From the NCBI RefSeq assembly GCF_008831285.2, contig NC_045138.2:13268001-13332000 (forward strand): a stretch of DNA of 64,000 nt, read 5' to 3'. Origin of the DNA: Nymphaea colorata (lineage: Eukaryota). The notes beneath the pieces were generated by a model that was not told where the DNA came from, did not search any database, and saw only the letters and a program-made list of their open reading frames with translations. Made by a program: the position numbers and the translations under genes. Shown in pieces: positions 1 through 13,000 of this stretch (positions are counted from its first letter, which is position 1; each line of letters opens with the position of its first letter).

Positions 1-1150
1 AGTCATTTTCCGGCGACCAGAGGATATGCTGCCTGACATTCCCCTCCACCATCAGCGATCAAGTTCCAGGCAGGTCTTGTTTTCTCCTTTCCCTCTCTAC
101 CGATACACCGTAACACCTCGTCTCTGATTTTTCTACCAAAACTAATAGGATTCCGGTTGGATTTCCCAACCAATTGCACTATCGCCAACCTCTAATCTAC
201 TGACGCAAACCATCAATGAGGGAAGAACCGTCCGATTTAGTCATTTTCCGCCCATTTTGGACGAATTTCCCCATTTCGCCGGAATTCGGCGATCCCAGCC
301 GTTTTCTGGCAATGCCATCAATCTCCTCTTACTTCTCCCACCTCCTAGTTGTCCCCCAAAACCCAAACCTATCTGAGCATCGTAGTCTGTATCGATCATC
401 GTTTTCTTAAGTCCCCAATCCCAAATTTAGGCTATACACCAACTGTTTGTTGTATTGAATCATCTAGCCAACTCGCCCCCTTTCTGCACCCCCCCCCCCT
501 TTCTCTCTCGTTGCTGCTGTAGTCTTATCCCAGACCCTTCTTCGAAAGCCCTTAAGTCATTCGTCAGGGGGACTACACGTCCCAGCCCAGATCGATCTCC
601 ATACGGTAGCTCAAGGCATGCCCTGCAACTGTTCTAGGAAAGGTCCATCGACCTGATTCAGGTGCATATCTAAAAATGAGAGTTTATGCATGTGAGAACA
701 AAAGTGAGAGTCCTTCTTTGTTTATTTATACTAAAATTTGAAAGGAAGGGGGTTTTACCTCTTCTCGTTTCAGAATGCATCTGTTCCCCTTCAATAGCTA
801 ATGACCAGAGAAATTGATTAAGTATATTTTCAACCCATATTGAACCAGAAGAAGAGAACATATAAAGGAAAGACACAAGTAGTCAATAGACGCTACAAAT
901 AAGAAAACCACACAATGTGTAAGCTTCCCTCTCTCTTCTTTCCTCCTTCATATTGGTTTCTAAGTGCATCAAGTAAACCAGCAGGTTCTGGCTAATTTAC
1001 ATGGATATTTTTCTCTTCTTTGATGTCCTTTCCTGCAGATTAACATCATAGTGCCTGTCCGAGCAGAGATCAAGTAACATACATCAGTCACGTGCCTGTC
1101 CCTTTCCTATCAAAATCAAAGGGTAAGAGATACAGATAGAGAGGCACAGT

Positions 1151-4100
1151 ATGGCAGCGGCTGTGACCACAGGCAGCAGCCCTAATGAAGAACAAGGTGA
1201 TGGTGGCACGAATCCTCGTCCTCAGCTTTCTTGCACCAAATGCTTCGACGCTTTATGGTTTTGTTACTGTGAGTTCTCTTTTATTGTGTCTTTGTTATCT
1301 TATCACTTGTTGGATTTATTTAATTAGGAACATGAGCCTGCATAGGAAATTGGTAAAAAAGAAAAGAAAAGAAAAAACCTCTTCACAAATCCTGGAAAAG
1401 GTTCCGGAAGGGCTCGTTTCATCCCCTTCGTGAATGCTTGCTTCCAATTGACATGTCTGATGTAAGATTAGATTGGGGCATCATCCTTTTAGCAAAGTCA
1501 ATTGGGTATCTTGTGATCGTTGCAATTCTATGGAGGCTTCCAATCTAAACAATAAACATTATGTTGTCATTGGGAATAATTCCTCTCTATGCATATCTTG
1601 ATCATCTATGATCAGGAAGCAAACTTTTTGTTCACATAACCGTTTTAATTTTTACTTGGTATAATTTGTTGTTCTTGAACTAGTACATCCTGTACTGCTG
1701 ATGACAGTTAAGTAGCTCTGGCCTTTGTTTTCACATTTCTTGTAATGTTTAATATGTTATTCCAACATTTGGTTTTCAGACTTGCTGTCTGATGTGTTGT
1801 TATTTCAAAAAGGGAGAGCAGGAGAAGTTTTTCTCCTAAAATTTTTCTTGGTAAAGGATTTTCTGTTCAAATATTTCTCAGGAAAGCCAGGGGTTGTTCT
1901 TGCAGAGTTGGGCCTCAGCCGATAGATGGACAGCCATGGTTCGAGTCCTATGGACATCAACTTTCTGCATAAGCTTGAGCATATATTGGCCTGGGACAGA
2001 GTTTTCCTGGCATGTGCAATTTCCTGTGTAACCAATCAGAAGTATTTCCCAAGGAAAAAGTTAATAAAAAAAGTGTACTCCTTTATCAGAAAAAAAGCGG
2101 GTCGGGTATGGTAGCAAAGCTGTTTGGTTATAAACCTTTTGAGGGCTACCTCATTTTCATCTTAAAATAGGAAATATTTGATTAATTGGTGAAGATATTG
2201 ATGGTTCAGCTTAACCGTTGGATCCTTGGCTTATGTATTGATTCCATGTTTACAAATTTATCTAGATGCGGAGTGAAGTATGATCAGCTATCTGATGTTT
2301 GTGAGCTTTTGTAAATAGTAGCCAGCAACAAAGGTGACATTTGTAGATTCCCATTGATTTTTACAAATAGTGCCTCAAATCCACTTTTTTAACATTTGGT
2401 GACATGGAAAAGAGTGTTTCCTTATGGAATAAGGATGCTGAGCTTGCAGATCTCAGGTTGTTGACTGTGTACCCTTTCCTAATAACAATTTTACTGCGGT
2501 TCTGTAAACAAAGGATTGTGCAGTTCTGGTTATGAACTTTGATTTCTTGAACAAGGTGTCTGCATTTGTTAGCTTTTTTTAGAAATAGGAGATGAGGTGG
2601 AGATGAAAATGAAAATGGAAGGGAGTGGATTTGAACGTCCAGTCCAGGAAGTAGTTGAAGATAGCGCTTCTCCACTCATGTACATTGTTAACTCTCAAAT
2701 CTTCCAATGGCGAAACCAGTGCATGCCATAGGTGGAAGGCATTAATCATTATATGCTTCCTCAATCTCTCCTTTCAGTTCTTGCTCCTAGGGGAGCCTTA
2801 ATAATAATATAGCTAAAATCAGTATGGTAGATTGGATTCCATTAAGTTCCTTCAGATATCAAACTTGGCTCTTCTCATTCTTTTGGTTTCTTTGGGCTGC
2901 TTATCTTATAAGATGACAATTACTTGATATACCATGAAAAGATATTCTATAGCATGCATCTAAGAATAATTTGTGGATTTGTTTTTGTGGTGTTGTTCAA
3001 GTTATTAACTTTGCGGTTTTGGCAGCTCCTGTCTATCAGATGAAACAATATTATCGGTATGGGGTGTTTGATAACTGCTCTGATAAGTGGAATGCTCTTT
3101 TTGACTGTTTTCAACTTAAAACAAAAAGGTCATCTGAAGTGCAGGTTAGTTCTCATATCATGACTCAAGTGTCGAGTGCCAAATTTTTTATATAATCCTC
3201 TGTGGAGTCCAAAAAACCTCTTCAATCTTATGTCTGCCTCAGCCTGTTCCATTTGCATTGTCTTGGAGGGTTCTTATTCTTGACATGGGCTTAGTCTGCT
3301 CAAAACATTTTATCTGCCAGAGTGAATTGGAAATGTTCTTTAAATCACTGGTAGATGAAATGTTGATCCAAGTGTTAGTGTTAGTTTCATCAATCTCCTT
3401 TCAACAATCTCCTGACAGACCATTAACCTGCAAAATCGTGTTTTCTTTCATAATTAACCTCCATCTTTGCTTTCAGCACCAAATTTCCAATTTCAGGATG
3501 CTTTTCTCATTGATTTTGAGTTGGTAAAATTTGATTGCTGGCTAACGTTTTTGCGCTGCATAAGTTGTTTTTTTGTCATTGTTTAGTGCATTGTGGTTAC
3601 CAGTTTGTGCCTCATTTGAGATTTTTTACCAGTGTAGATGGTTGATCACAAGTATAATGTGACTGGCTGGTCATGGCTGGATTTGTTTAGAGATAGAGGA
3701 ACTAAAATGATGGCATTTCACGCCAACTACTAGCATCATTTAGAGGATATTTGTTTCAGCATTTCATGGACAGCAAAATGACTCTGTTCATGCATTTCAT
3801 TGCATCTTTCAGAATGTTGAGATCTTGTTCTGCCTATAAATGCTGCGAAATAGACACTCCAAATTATGGTGAAGTGTTCATTCTGCTCGACGCAAACGTG
3901 CCCCTAGATGGGTTCTATGTGTCGTGGAATGTTGAAATGGCATTCTCATGTGGAATGTTGAAATGGCATTCTGCCTAGCGTGACATGGATGCTCCATGTC
4001 ATAAACATTCATGCCACTTGACACAGACTGTTTCTCTTGGGGTTGCATTTGTTCTTCGTGCTCCTGGCGTTCCAACATCTCTTAATCTTTATTGCAACTA

Positions 4101-4235
4101 AAAAACGTGGTTTCTTTGGAACAGGAAATTCTTGAATCCCGAGAGAAAAGCAAGCCACATATCTGGTCCTACCGGACACCAGAAGAGGCATCTGTGCATT
4201 GGAAGGAACTTTTTGGCAATGTCAACGATCCTTAG
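1151..4235 (+). CDS. DUF3128 / EMI1-like small protein with twin CX9C motifs, 115 aa, 3 coding exons
   Basis: Exons 1151-1268, 3026-3144 and 4125-4235 are all GT-AG and phase-consistent (348 nt). Product MAAAVTTG...LSCTKCFDALWFCYSPVYQMKQYYRYGVFDNCSDKWNALFDCFQLKTK...KPHIWSYRTPEEASVHWKELFG matches the recalled plant DUF3128 pattern. An acceptor at 1038 suggests a 5'UTR intron extending left. Confidence 0.9.
1885..2072 (+). mobile_element. Candidate tRNA-derived SINE in intron 1 of the DUF3128 gene
   Basis: A-box-like TTGCAGAGTTGG (1900-1911) and a perfect B-box GGTTCGAGTCC (1938-1948). The 3' end is A-rich, and the flanks tatttctcaggaaa / tatttcccaaggaaaa resemble a decayed target-site duplication. 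No cloverleaf is apparent. Confidence 0.4.
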
Positions 4236-6950
4236 TGATTTTTATGCTTGATCCTTTTGTAGCGAGGAAATTTTGCATCTGTTGCTTCCTGCCTTTGGAG
4301 CCACCGACGTGCTTTCCGTCTTGACTTGGTTCACTTTCCGCTGGAGGAAAACATTTTACGGTATTAACGGGATGGTTTTGGTTGTTTCTTCCACTTTAAA
4401 GATACTCCAATGAATTCTTTGACCGAATATTGGTCTGTCTTCACTTTTGAAAGTTTTATTTGTTAATTACTTTTTGATAGGCTCTACTGTAATATATGCA
4501 CTCTATTGTACTGTTTCAAGGGATCCTTTCCAGTGCAAGATGGCTGAGAGGTCACGCATGGTTTCTTCGCGGTTGCTTTGGAGCAGTTTGTCGCTTAGTT
4601 TATTCCTTGCGTTAAATCTGGAAAGAAATCCCCCTACACCCTTTAAATTCAAAGGCGTTCTAAAATTCATATTTGTGAATTTAATTCTACTCGGACTATA
4701 CGCGTGATGTTTCATAAATGTAAAAAAAACTGATGCCCATAAAATTTTGTCAAGACGACAACTTTTTACTTACGTGTCGACTAATACAACTCGATTATTA
4801 ATTCAGACTCATGGGCAGGTGGACATAGGTTGATGGAATCCTTGATCGGTCCCATATATTTCATCCACTGTGTCATGAATCTGCCCAATTTTTTAGGGCA
4901 GATTTATGGAAGAATTACCCCCTAATGGATTCAGTATAGCTGGTTGGGCTACTAGTCACTGATTTGCTGGAGGTGTCAACCCCTATTGTAAGCTTGAACA
5001 AACAATGTTATGGGACAAGGGTATTATTAGCAATAAACAACATAGTCAATCGTTCGGGTTTTATGCAACAAAGTCTCCTAATCTGACTGCAGTTTTTCTT
5101 TTCCCTGAAAACAAAAAAGCGAACTATTCTGCAGCCTAAATTTGAAGTGACAAAATATGTTGTTTGCTAGCATATTGATGGGAGGGTCAACAATTCTGTT
5201 TCATTTGCTTTCATAAGTTTCATCTTTAAAAGCTTTGGAAATATATTGTGACATTGATTCCATTCAAGTTAAAGCTTTAAATTATTGGTCGTCCATAGCT
5301 TATTTTGGTTGAAAAATGTGGCTGATTCATTCAAGTTTGACCAGTCAAAAAGTTTAAAGTACCAGAAAATTTTAAACATTTATGAACCTGCTTTTTACAA
5401 TGTTAAAACACTAGCATGAGTATATACCATATCATAAATTTGAATAATTATATTTTTTTGTAACATGTTAGTGAAAAAGGCTAATAAAAACATGGTTTCT
5501 TACCCTCCTTAAAAAAACGTCGTTTAAATGCATAATACATGAGTTCAACCAATTGTAATAATTGGATTTACTCCCATACAGGCTTCTAACGTGGTGGATC
5601 TCAACCCACCCCTTAATGACTTTAGTTTTAGCTTAAAAAATTAAAAACCAAGAATTAATCATTTAATCCCTTAAAAAGATTTTCATCAATTTTCAGTACA
5701 AATTAAACTTAGTTCCATATCGAGGTGTTATAATCCACTTCCCTAAGAAATGCGTCTACGTAAATCAAGCCTAAGCGTTCAAGGCATAAAATGACCTAAC
5801 AGCGCACGCCTCGTGGGGATGGGATGGGGCGTCCGCGTCTGTACGATGTGTTGTCGTGCGTGAAGCGTGCTGTTCGTTTTTGTTAACAACGCCTTGTTTT
5901 CGGAAGTAGACGTCGATTTTCACCTGAAGGCTTATTAGTTCTCGATCGCCTTGGAAAACACTTTCTTTCTCTGACAAATGGATCTGCAGCAACAGCCACT
6001 TTCTCTTCAATGCCTTTCTCCCTGTCTCTGCGAACCCATCAACTATTCGGCGACCCTTCTTCTTTTCCAACCACCCGGCAAACTGGTGAGTTTCATATTG
6101 CGACCTCTGTCTCTCTGTCTGTCTGCCTATCTCTCTCTCTCTGTGCTGATGGGCCGCCGGCGAGCAGGCCTTCCTCTTTTTATCTCTGCTGCACCAAGGG
6201 CCTGGCTGACAGCCTTCGCCTTTCTCTATAGTTATTCTTTTTTCAATTGTTGTGTTTTGCTTTCTTTTGCTAAATGTAATGTTGTTGAATTGTTCTCTGG
6301 GACAAAATAGAGTCAACACCCAATTCTTTCCGCTATTCCTCATCTCTGGATTGGGTTTTTTTTGTTGTAATGTAAGAATTTGATGCTCGCTTCCCCTTCA
6401 TTTTCTCTATTTTTTCAGGAAGAAGATTATTTTTCAATAGTCGGATTGTTGTTAAGAGGTGTGAAATTGGTTCCCTTTAAATTAAGTAGTAAAAATATTA
6501 TTCATTTAAAAGTACTATCGTATAATGATAATGATAGTGATCACTGAACGGAATCGATAGTATACCAGGTTCTTACATCATTATTTTAGACGCTATAAAG
6601 TTTTTTTAATCTTAAAATGCATATCATAATACTTTTTTTTTTATTTGTAGCCAATTTAACTGGTCACGAAAAATACCGGAGCTTTACCGAAAAAACCTTA
6701 TCTAAAGTTCAAATTTTCCACCTTGAAATGAGAAAAAAGAGAAGAAAAGGGCAGTCTATGATAATCAGCAGTATTTTTAGATCTGAATCCATGACTGGAT
6801 CTGAGTCCGGATACAAACCGGCTTCATTCCTCGAGGGCAACCGCAGGTACTCAGAAAGAGCGGCGGCCGCTGTGAAGGGAAGTGTTATCCCGGGGTGTTT
6901 CTGAGGTTTACGAGTCCACGAGTGCAAAGCCGCAACCCTCCACACCTCCT

Positions 6951-6970
6951 TGCTCTCTCTCTCTCTCTCT
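6951..6970. repeat. (CT)n microsatellite in the 5' leader of the DEAD-like gene
   Basis: CT run ending about 50 nt upstream of ATG 7019. Confidence 0.85.
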
Positions 6971-7018
6971 TTCTCGTTGAGCCTTTGAGGCAGTAGTGAA
7001 GGTTGGTAGGAGGAGTCA

Positions 7019-10000
7019 ATGGCGAAAGGAGACGACGCCAAAAGGAAGAAGCGGAACAAGGCGTTGCGCAAGAGGATGCGTAAGGATGCCCCTGTCTCCG
7101 CTCGCATCGCTTCCGCCATTGCTTCCAAGCGGCGCCGCAAGGCTGGCAAACGTCGAATCTGTGAGGTTGTTTCGCAATCCCCCTTCTCGTCTCTCTCTCT
7201 TCTCTGCGTTCGTTACTTTGACTGATTCAGTTGCATCTGATATTCTTGACCAACTTATTCGTTGTCATTGGTAAATCAGCACAACCATGGCCATCGACCA
7301 TGTTGTGTGCATCTAGTCTTGTTAGAAAATGAATTGCTGAAGTGCTACTCAGGGCGAGATTCTTATTGCGCTTACTTTATTTGTTAAAGTTCAAAGAAAG
7401 TCCTTTTATCTTTTCTTTTCTGACGTTGGTTCTGTATTTGTCTTTTTTTGTCTTAAGTTATCGCAGAATGTATGTGGACCATTCTTTCCGATTGCAGTAA
7501 TTAAATTCTTCTCTACGTATTTGCAGGGCATGTGTTTTAGCGCCCCAACACTTGAGGACCCATTCAATGAGAGAAACAATGTGAAAACTGACTGTGGGAG
7601 AAAACGGAGGAAGCTTGCCCATCAAAAAAATGATTTAGATCCCTTGCTCTCGGTTCATAAAAAGCTTCCATCAAATTGTAAATTTGGAAAGGTGCTCAAT
7701 GAAGATCTGAAAGAAAAGCGAGCGATGAGCTCCATGAATATTCAGAATAAGTCACCATTGACTGCTGCCCGCATGGCAGAAGGGCAGAGTATTATGGATG
7801 ATCAAGATAAGTCTACAAGAAAGATGGTTGTAGTGAATGGAGGTGCCGCTACTCAAGGAAGGCTCTATAGAAGCTCAGATGGTCTACCAAAGTTCCTGAT
7901 TTTATGCTTGAGTGCCATACAAAATTCGTGGGCACATGATGGCTTGGAAAAGTCTCTCTTTTCCAACTCGTGGGGTTCTGAATTCTGGAAAGCCTGTTCT
8001 GATGGGTTGGATATTCTGGGGATAGGTGAAAGTTGTTCTGGAAAAGAGCAAATTGCCTGGTTAGCGTCCACCTTTGCTGATATTGTCACTGCAAGAGAGA
8101 AAGAAGGTGCATCAATTGACAGTCCATTTCTTTTGTTCCTGGTTCCCTCCAAAGAACGAGCCGTTGAGGTTTGTTCGTATCTTAATTTTCATTTTTTTTT
8201 CTCTTATTTTTGAAATGTTAGTTAACTAACTTTTTTAGTAAAATGAGTTTAAAATGTTGACCACTTTTTAATAATATCCCTAGTTTGATCTTGCTATGGT
8301 TATCCTACCTACTAGTTTCTTAATTTTTCCCTTCTTAGATATGAATGGAAATGATTGTTTTTTCATTGTGATGGTTTTCTCTTCATTTTCTGGTCCTCAG
8401 TGTCTGAAATGTGCAGCACATGTTGTAGTATTTTTCCTTGACGGTTCATGACTGACTACTTCTGAAACTTCAGGTCCGGCTGCTATTCAAGCCACTTAAA
8501 GCTCTTGGAATTCACACAGTGAGCATACATTGTGGAGCCTCACTTGAACATCAAGTTCACGGGTAATTCTTGTACACAATGACATCAGTTCTGCAGATGT
8601 CTTAGAAAAAGTAACTTGTGGTATAATGCGTAATCTTGATCATGGAACTGCTCTTTTGAACTCAATTAACGCAAGAAGCCATAAAAGAGATAAAGAAAGA
8701 AATAAGGGAACAAAAGAAGAAGGATTAGAGAAAAAAGAAATGGAGATTCTTGTTGACCATGCTTATTACTGCAGTTACAACCTATTTTATAATGTAGCTT
8801 TATTGGGTCCATTTTCAAGAGAACTGGAGGATCTCTTCTCAGCCTGGTGTTGTCTTTTTTTATGGACTTGACTTACTTGATGTCTGATGGTCAGACTCTG
8901 ACTTCATCTGTATCTCCAACTAAGGGTGTATGTTGTATGATGTGGCTGTCTGGAATTATTTTTTCTTGAAAAACAATTCAGATGGGTGGTTGAGCAGTTA
9001 TGCAGATGGTTTAGTTGGTGCATTAGATGAATCTCTTGCTTAGATAGCATCTTGGGGTTTGACTCTTCCTTGAGTATTATACTGGTTGAGTGAAGAGTTA
9101 GAAATAGGAGAGGACGAACAATCAGTATCAAAGAGTTCAAGAGATGATGATAAACTTGGTAAATACAAGAAATATGACCTTAATATAGATGAAAATTCAA
9201 AAAATTATGTCTAGCCCTTATGAACTACTGATATGCTTCTTGTAGGTTGCTCCATGAACGCCAAATATTTCTCCCTCCATGTCTTTAGGATTCAGTTGTA
9301 ACACTATTCATTTATTTGTTCACAAGATGGAATGAGAAGTACTTCCTTTTGTTGATAAATAACATGTGGAAAGTCTCTGCTGAATGTGCATCCTTCTACC
9401 TGAACAGTTTAAAAAGTTGTGAGCCTGAATTCCTAATTTGCACGCCTGGAAGGCTTTTGGAGCTCATTTCTTTAAAATCCCTTGAGATATCTCATGTTTC
9501 TTTACTGGTAAGAAACTGTTACACTTTCTATGGCATCAGCTAATTCCTTTACTCAATTATGAACTTTACAACTATTCTCATGTTTATGCTATTCAGTGTA
9601 AATCGTTTTATCTCCATAGTTTTTAGCTCAAAGATGTTCATTACTTCATTATATTTTAATAAGATTATATTGCTTGAACGTTTTTCACTTTGTTTTCCTT
9701 CTTGAAGTTGTTATCAGAAAAATACATTCTTCAAGTGTCTGGAAGTCTGGAAAATGCACTTTTAATGTTAGACTGAAATTACTGAAAGCAAGGCAAAATG
9801 GTGTTCTTTGTAATTTAAAGATCACTGACCTAGCAAAATGAATGGATAAATATGAGAAGATTCATATGTAGCTAGAGTTTCCTTAGTTGGAGAGTGATAA
9901 ACTAAGTCACATAGGTACGGGTTTGGGTATGGGAAAGCGGGTACTACTATGGAAAATTTAGAAAATTTGGGTACACTTGTACGGCAAAAAAATGTATGAA

Positions 10001-13000
10001 CAAGATATATAAAATGGATACACACACACATATAATTCCATGAAAACATAACTTAAAGCAAAATTTATACTCAATACATCATGAAGACAATGAAAAAAAA
10101 GTGTTTTGGATCAGTTCCGACCCAAAACCAATCCAAGCGAATGCCATACCCACATACCAGTATTGCCATACCAGTTCTGGTACTTGTTCTTGAAGTTACA
10201 TTCACATTTGTCAGACTCAGGGGTCCTATTTACATGTTGAAACTTAATTTTGTTGAAACATTTTGTTTACAAAATTTATCTTAGTCATTCTGATGTTGCA
10301 ATGATGTTTACTTTCATATATTGACAAAATGTGCTGTTTTATCATGGCAATCAGGATGGCATCCATGTCACACGCTTTATTTGTCCAAGTGAAAGTCCAT
10401 TTTCTTTCAAAAATTTTTATTATAAGCTAACTTCTCTTTTTGACAAAGCTTTTGATCTCTCTGACATTTAAGTGGATACTTTCTTTCATCTTGGTGACAG
10501 TATACTTTTATGTAAATACCAGAAAAATTTGAACTTTGAATGGTGAGCATGCACCTGCTTGCATGGTGTGTATGCATGCATGAGTATGAGCGGAGGTGGG
10601 CCTGCATATGCTTGTATCTGTAAGCAATCTCATTAGAAACAAGTAAACTATATGTCCTTTTGAAATCTCTCATGAATCAGTTAACATGGAATTCAATGTT
10701 TTAGGAATTGTGAAGGATGTGCTTCCAGGAATTAATCAACTAGCATTTAATTGTCCATCCTGAAAACCCCTTGAGAATGAAAGTTTTTTAGAGTATTTGA
10801 TTATGTCGTACTTTTGAAGAATGCATATTGGGTTGTCATTGGCAAATCTTCAATGTGCACTATCAGAAACTTGATACATAGATTGCTGGGAATTACGTTA
10901 CCACATGCTTCAATACTTTCACTGATTTTTGTCCATTAGTGGACATATCAAACTGGTGCTTACCTAAAAATGGTTCGTATGAATGGATTTAATTAAAGAA
11001 GAAGAAGAAGACATGGATTTAAAAATGATCAACGGGTGGTAAACAGGTGGTAAAAGGGTATGCGTGGGTGTCACTGTCAAGTTGGAGACCCTTGATTGAG
11101 TCCCAACCCTGTAATTCTGTTGCACGAGCTTTCCTACAGTGGTCAGGGCTCACCGATCCAAAGTAGAAAAAAATTGGTAGGTAGGGTGAGTAAAAATTTG
11201 TTGAAGATGTTGATTATATATGTAGTCTAATGGGCTTTCTTTGATTGTTATACCAATTCAGTTTTTGTCTGAAGGAAAAAAGAAGAAAGAAAATGAGTAT
11301 CTGATTGATAGTTCTTTGGATATATTTTTTGGGTGTTACTGTGTTGTTTGATATCCTTTGGTTGGTAAATGTAATATCGTGCTCACATTTTTCTAACGGA
11401 TGTCCTAACCAAAGGATTCCAGAATGCCCTTTTAATGACTGTAAGTTGATGTTATGATACTTACAATTACTGATTCCTAAATTTGAGCAAAGTTTGAGTT
11501 GGTGCTGTGGCATGAAGCTTGTAATCCTCCATATGTCTTTTCAGGATAGGAAATTTGTACATTACATCCTTATTTATTTGTCTCAGTGATGTTTTTTCAG
11601 AAATCCAAACTAAGTATGCCAATTATACTATGCTGCTAGGCTGACCCACTAATGTTTTGCCCGTTATCTCATCCCTCTGACATCAATATTTCATTGGTAG
11701 TATGTGCAAATGTTGCATTTTATGTTTTTCTTAGAAGTATCATCTGCATCTAAAATTAAACATTTTATTCTGAAAGTGCTGACTGATTGTTTATTTTGTT
11801 CCTTCTGACAGGTCATTGATGGCTTGGAATGCTTTGTTAATAGTGGTATTGTGGCCAAGTTACTTTCAATAAGGCAATTGGTTTCAGGAAATCCTCAAAC
11901 TATCATTCTCAGTCCTAGTTATGGGAACTCATCCTTTTTGGCAGTTCAGAGTCTAATAAAGGCACCAATCAAGAAGTTGCCATTGGATAATTCTGTAATT
12001 AGCCAAAGTATGTGCATTTTGCAATTATCATATTTTTGTGACTCTGAAGACGAAAAGATATCAAAGGTTTGTTCATTATTTCACTGTGAAATTGATCTTT
12101 GTTTTTATAAAAAAAAATCACTTATTCTAATAGGTGTTTTGGTCATAGTGCCATCTAATTTTGATGCAAAAGTGGTTCAACTGTGCTGTTTTGCTTCCTG
12201 AAATAATGTAACATTCTATAGAATAAGACCTACTTGTGTTGTAGAATGGGTGGCGACATAGAGTATATGTGCAGTGAACCTTCAAAGGGAATGACGAGAT
12301 GTATATAGGATATGAATGTTGAACTGATTTTAGAAAGTTACGAACATAAAGTGAAGGTTTCTGCTGACTGCTCACCAGACAGTGTTGATCAGTCCTGTTG
12401 CTCCTGTATCTTCCAAGTTTTTAGATCAGCATAGATTATAGGTAAATCATATATTTACTCATTTAGTTGCATGTTCTATGCTCAAGCCTGAAACTCTTAG
12501 ATTTTTAATCTATGAGAAGTCATGGCATTAGGAACCTTCTGCACTATCTAGTTAAGGTGAAGAATCTAAGAATGAGACTTGAGACTTGAGCATCTCTAGA
12601 GTGTGAGATGGACCACAAATTTTGCCATAACATCTAATTATGTTGTTAACTTGGTGTAAAATTTTTAGTAGGGTTTTTGTATTTGTCAAAAGCATGTCTG
12701 AACTCTGAACTATGTTTTCTCCAATCTATGCATAATGTATAGAATTTTTGAGGTATTAAATTTTTGCACGAGGGATTCTGTTATCATCCCAATGACACCA
12801 AGTGGCATCCCTAGTTTTATCCATGGCTTTGCACTTATTTAGGAAGAAAACTGTCTATCACATTTTGTCAACATTGGCAACAAGGTGATTAATTTTGACT
12901 GAAATGTGCATAAGTTGGAGGAAATGAAATGGTCATGTCTTTGAGTCACTGACAATAAACTCAAAACCTGCATTATGGGATTTAATCAGATCCTATCAAT

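Noticed and set aside
1..660. Short ORFs and a repeated agtcattttccg 12-mer (positions 1 and 239)
   Set aside because: No recognisable protein motif. Probably repeat debris in the DUF3128 5'UTR intron or upstream region.
6818..6832. Partial miR166-like sequence (ggcttcattcctc)
   Set aside because: Only a 13-nt match, the seed end is missing, and there is no hairpin. Expected by chance.
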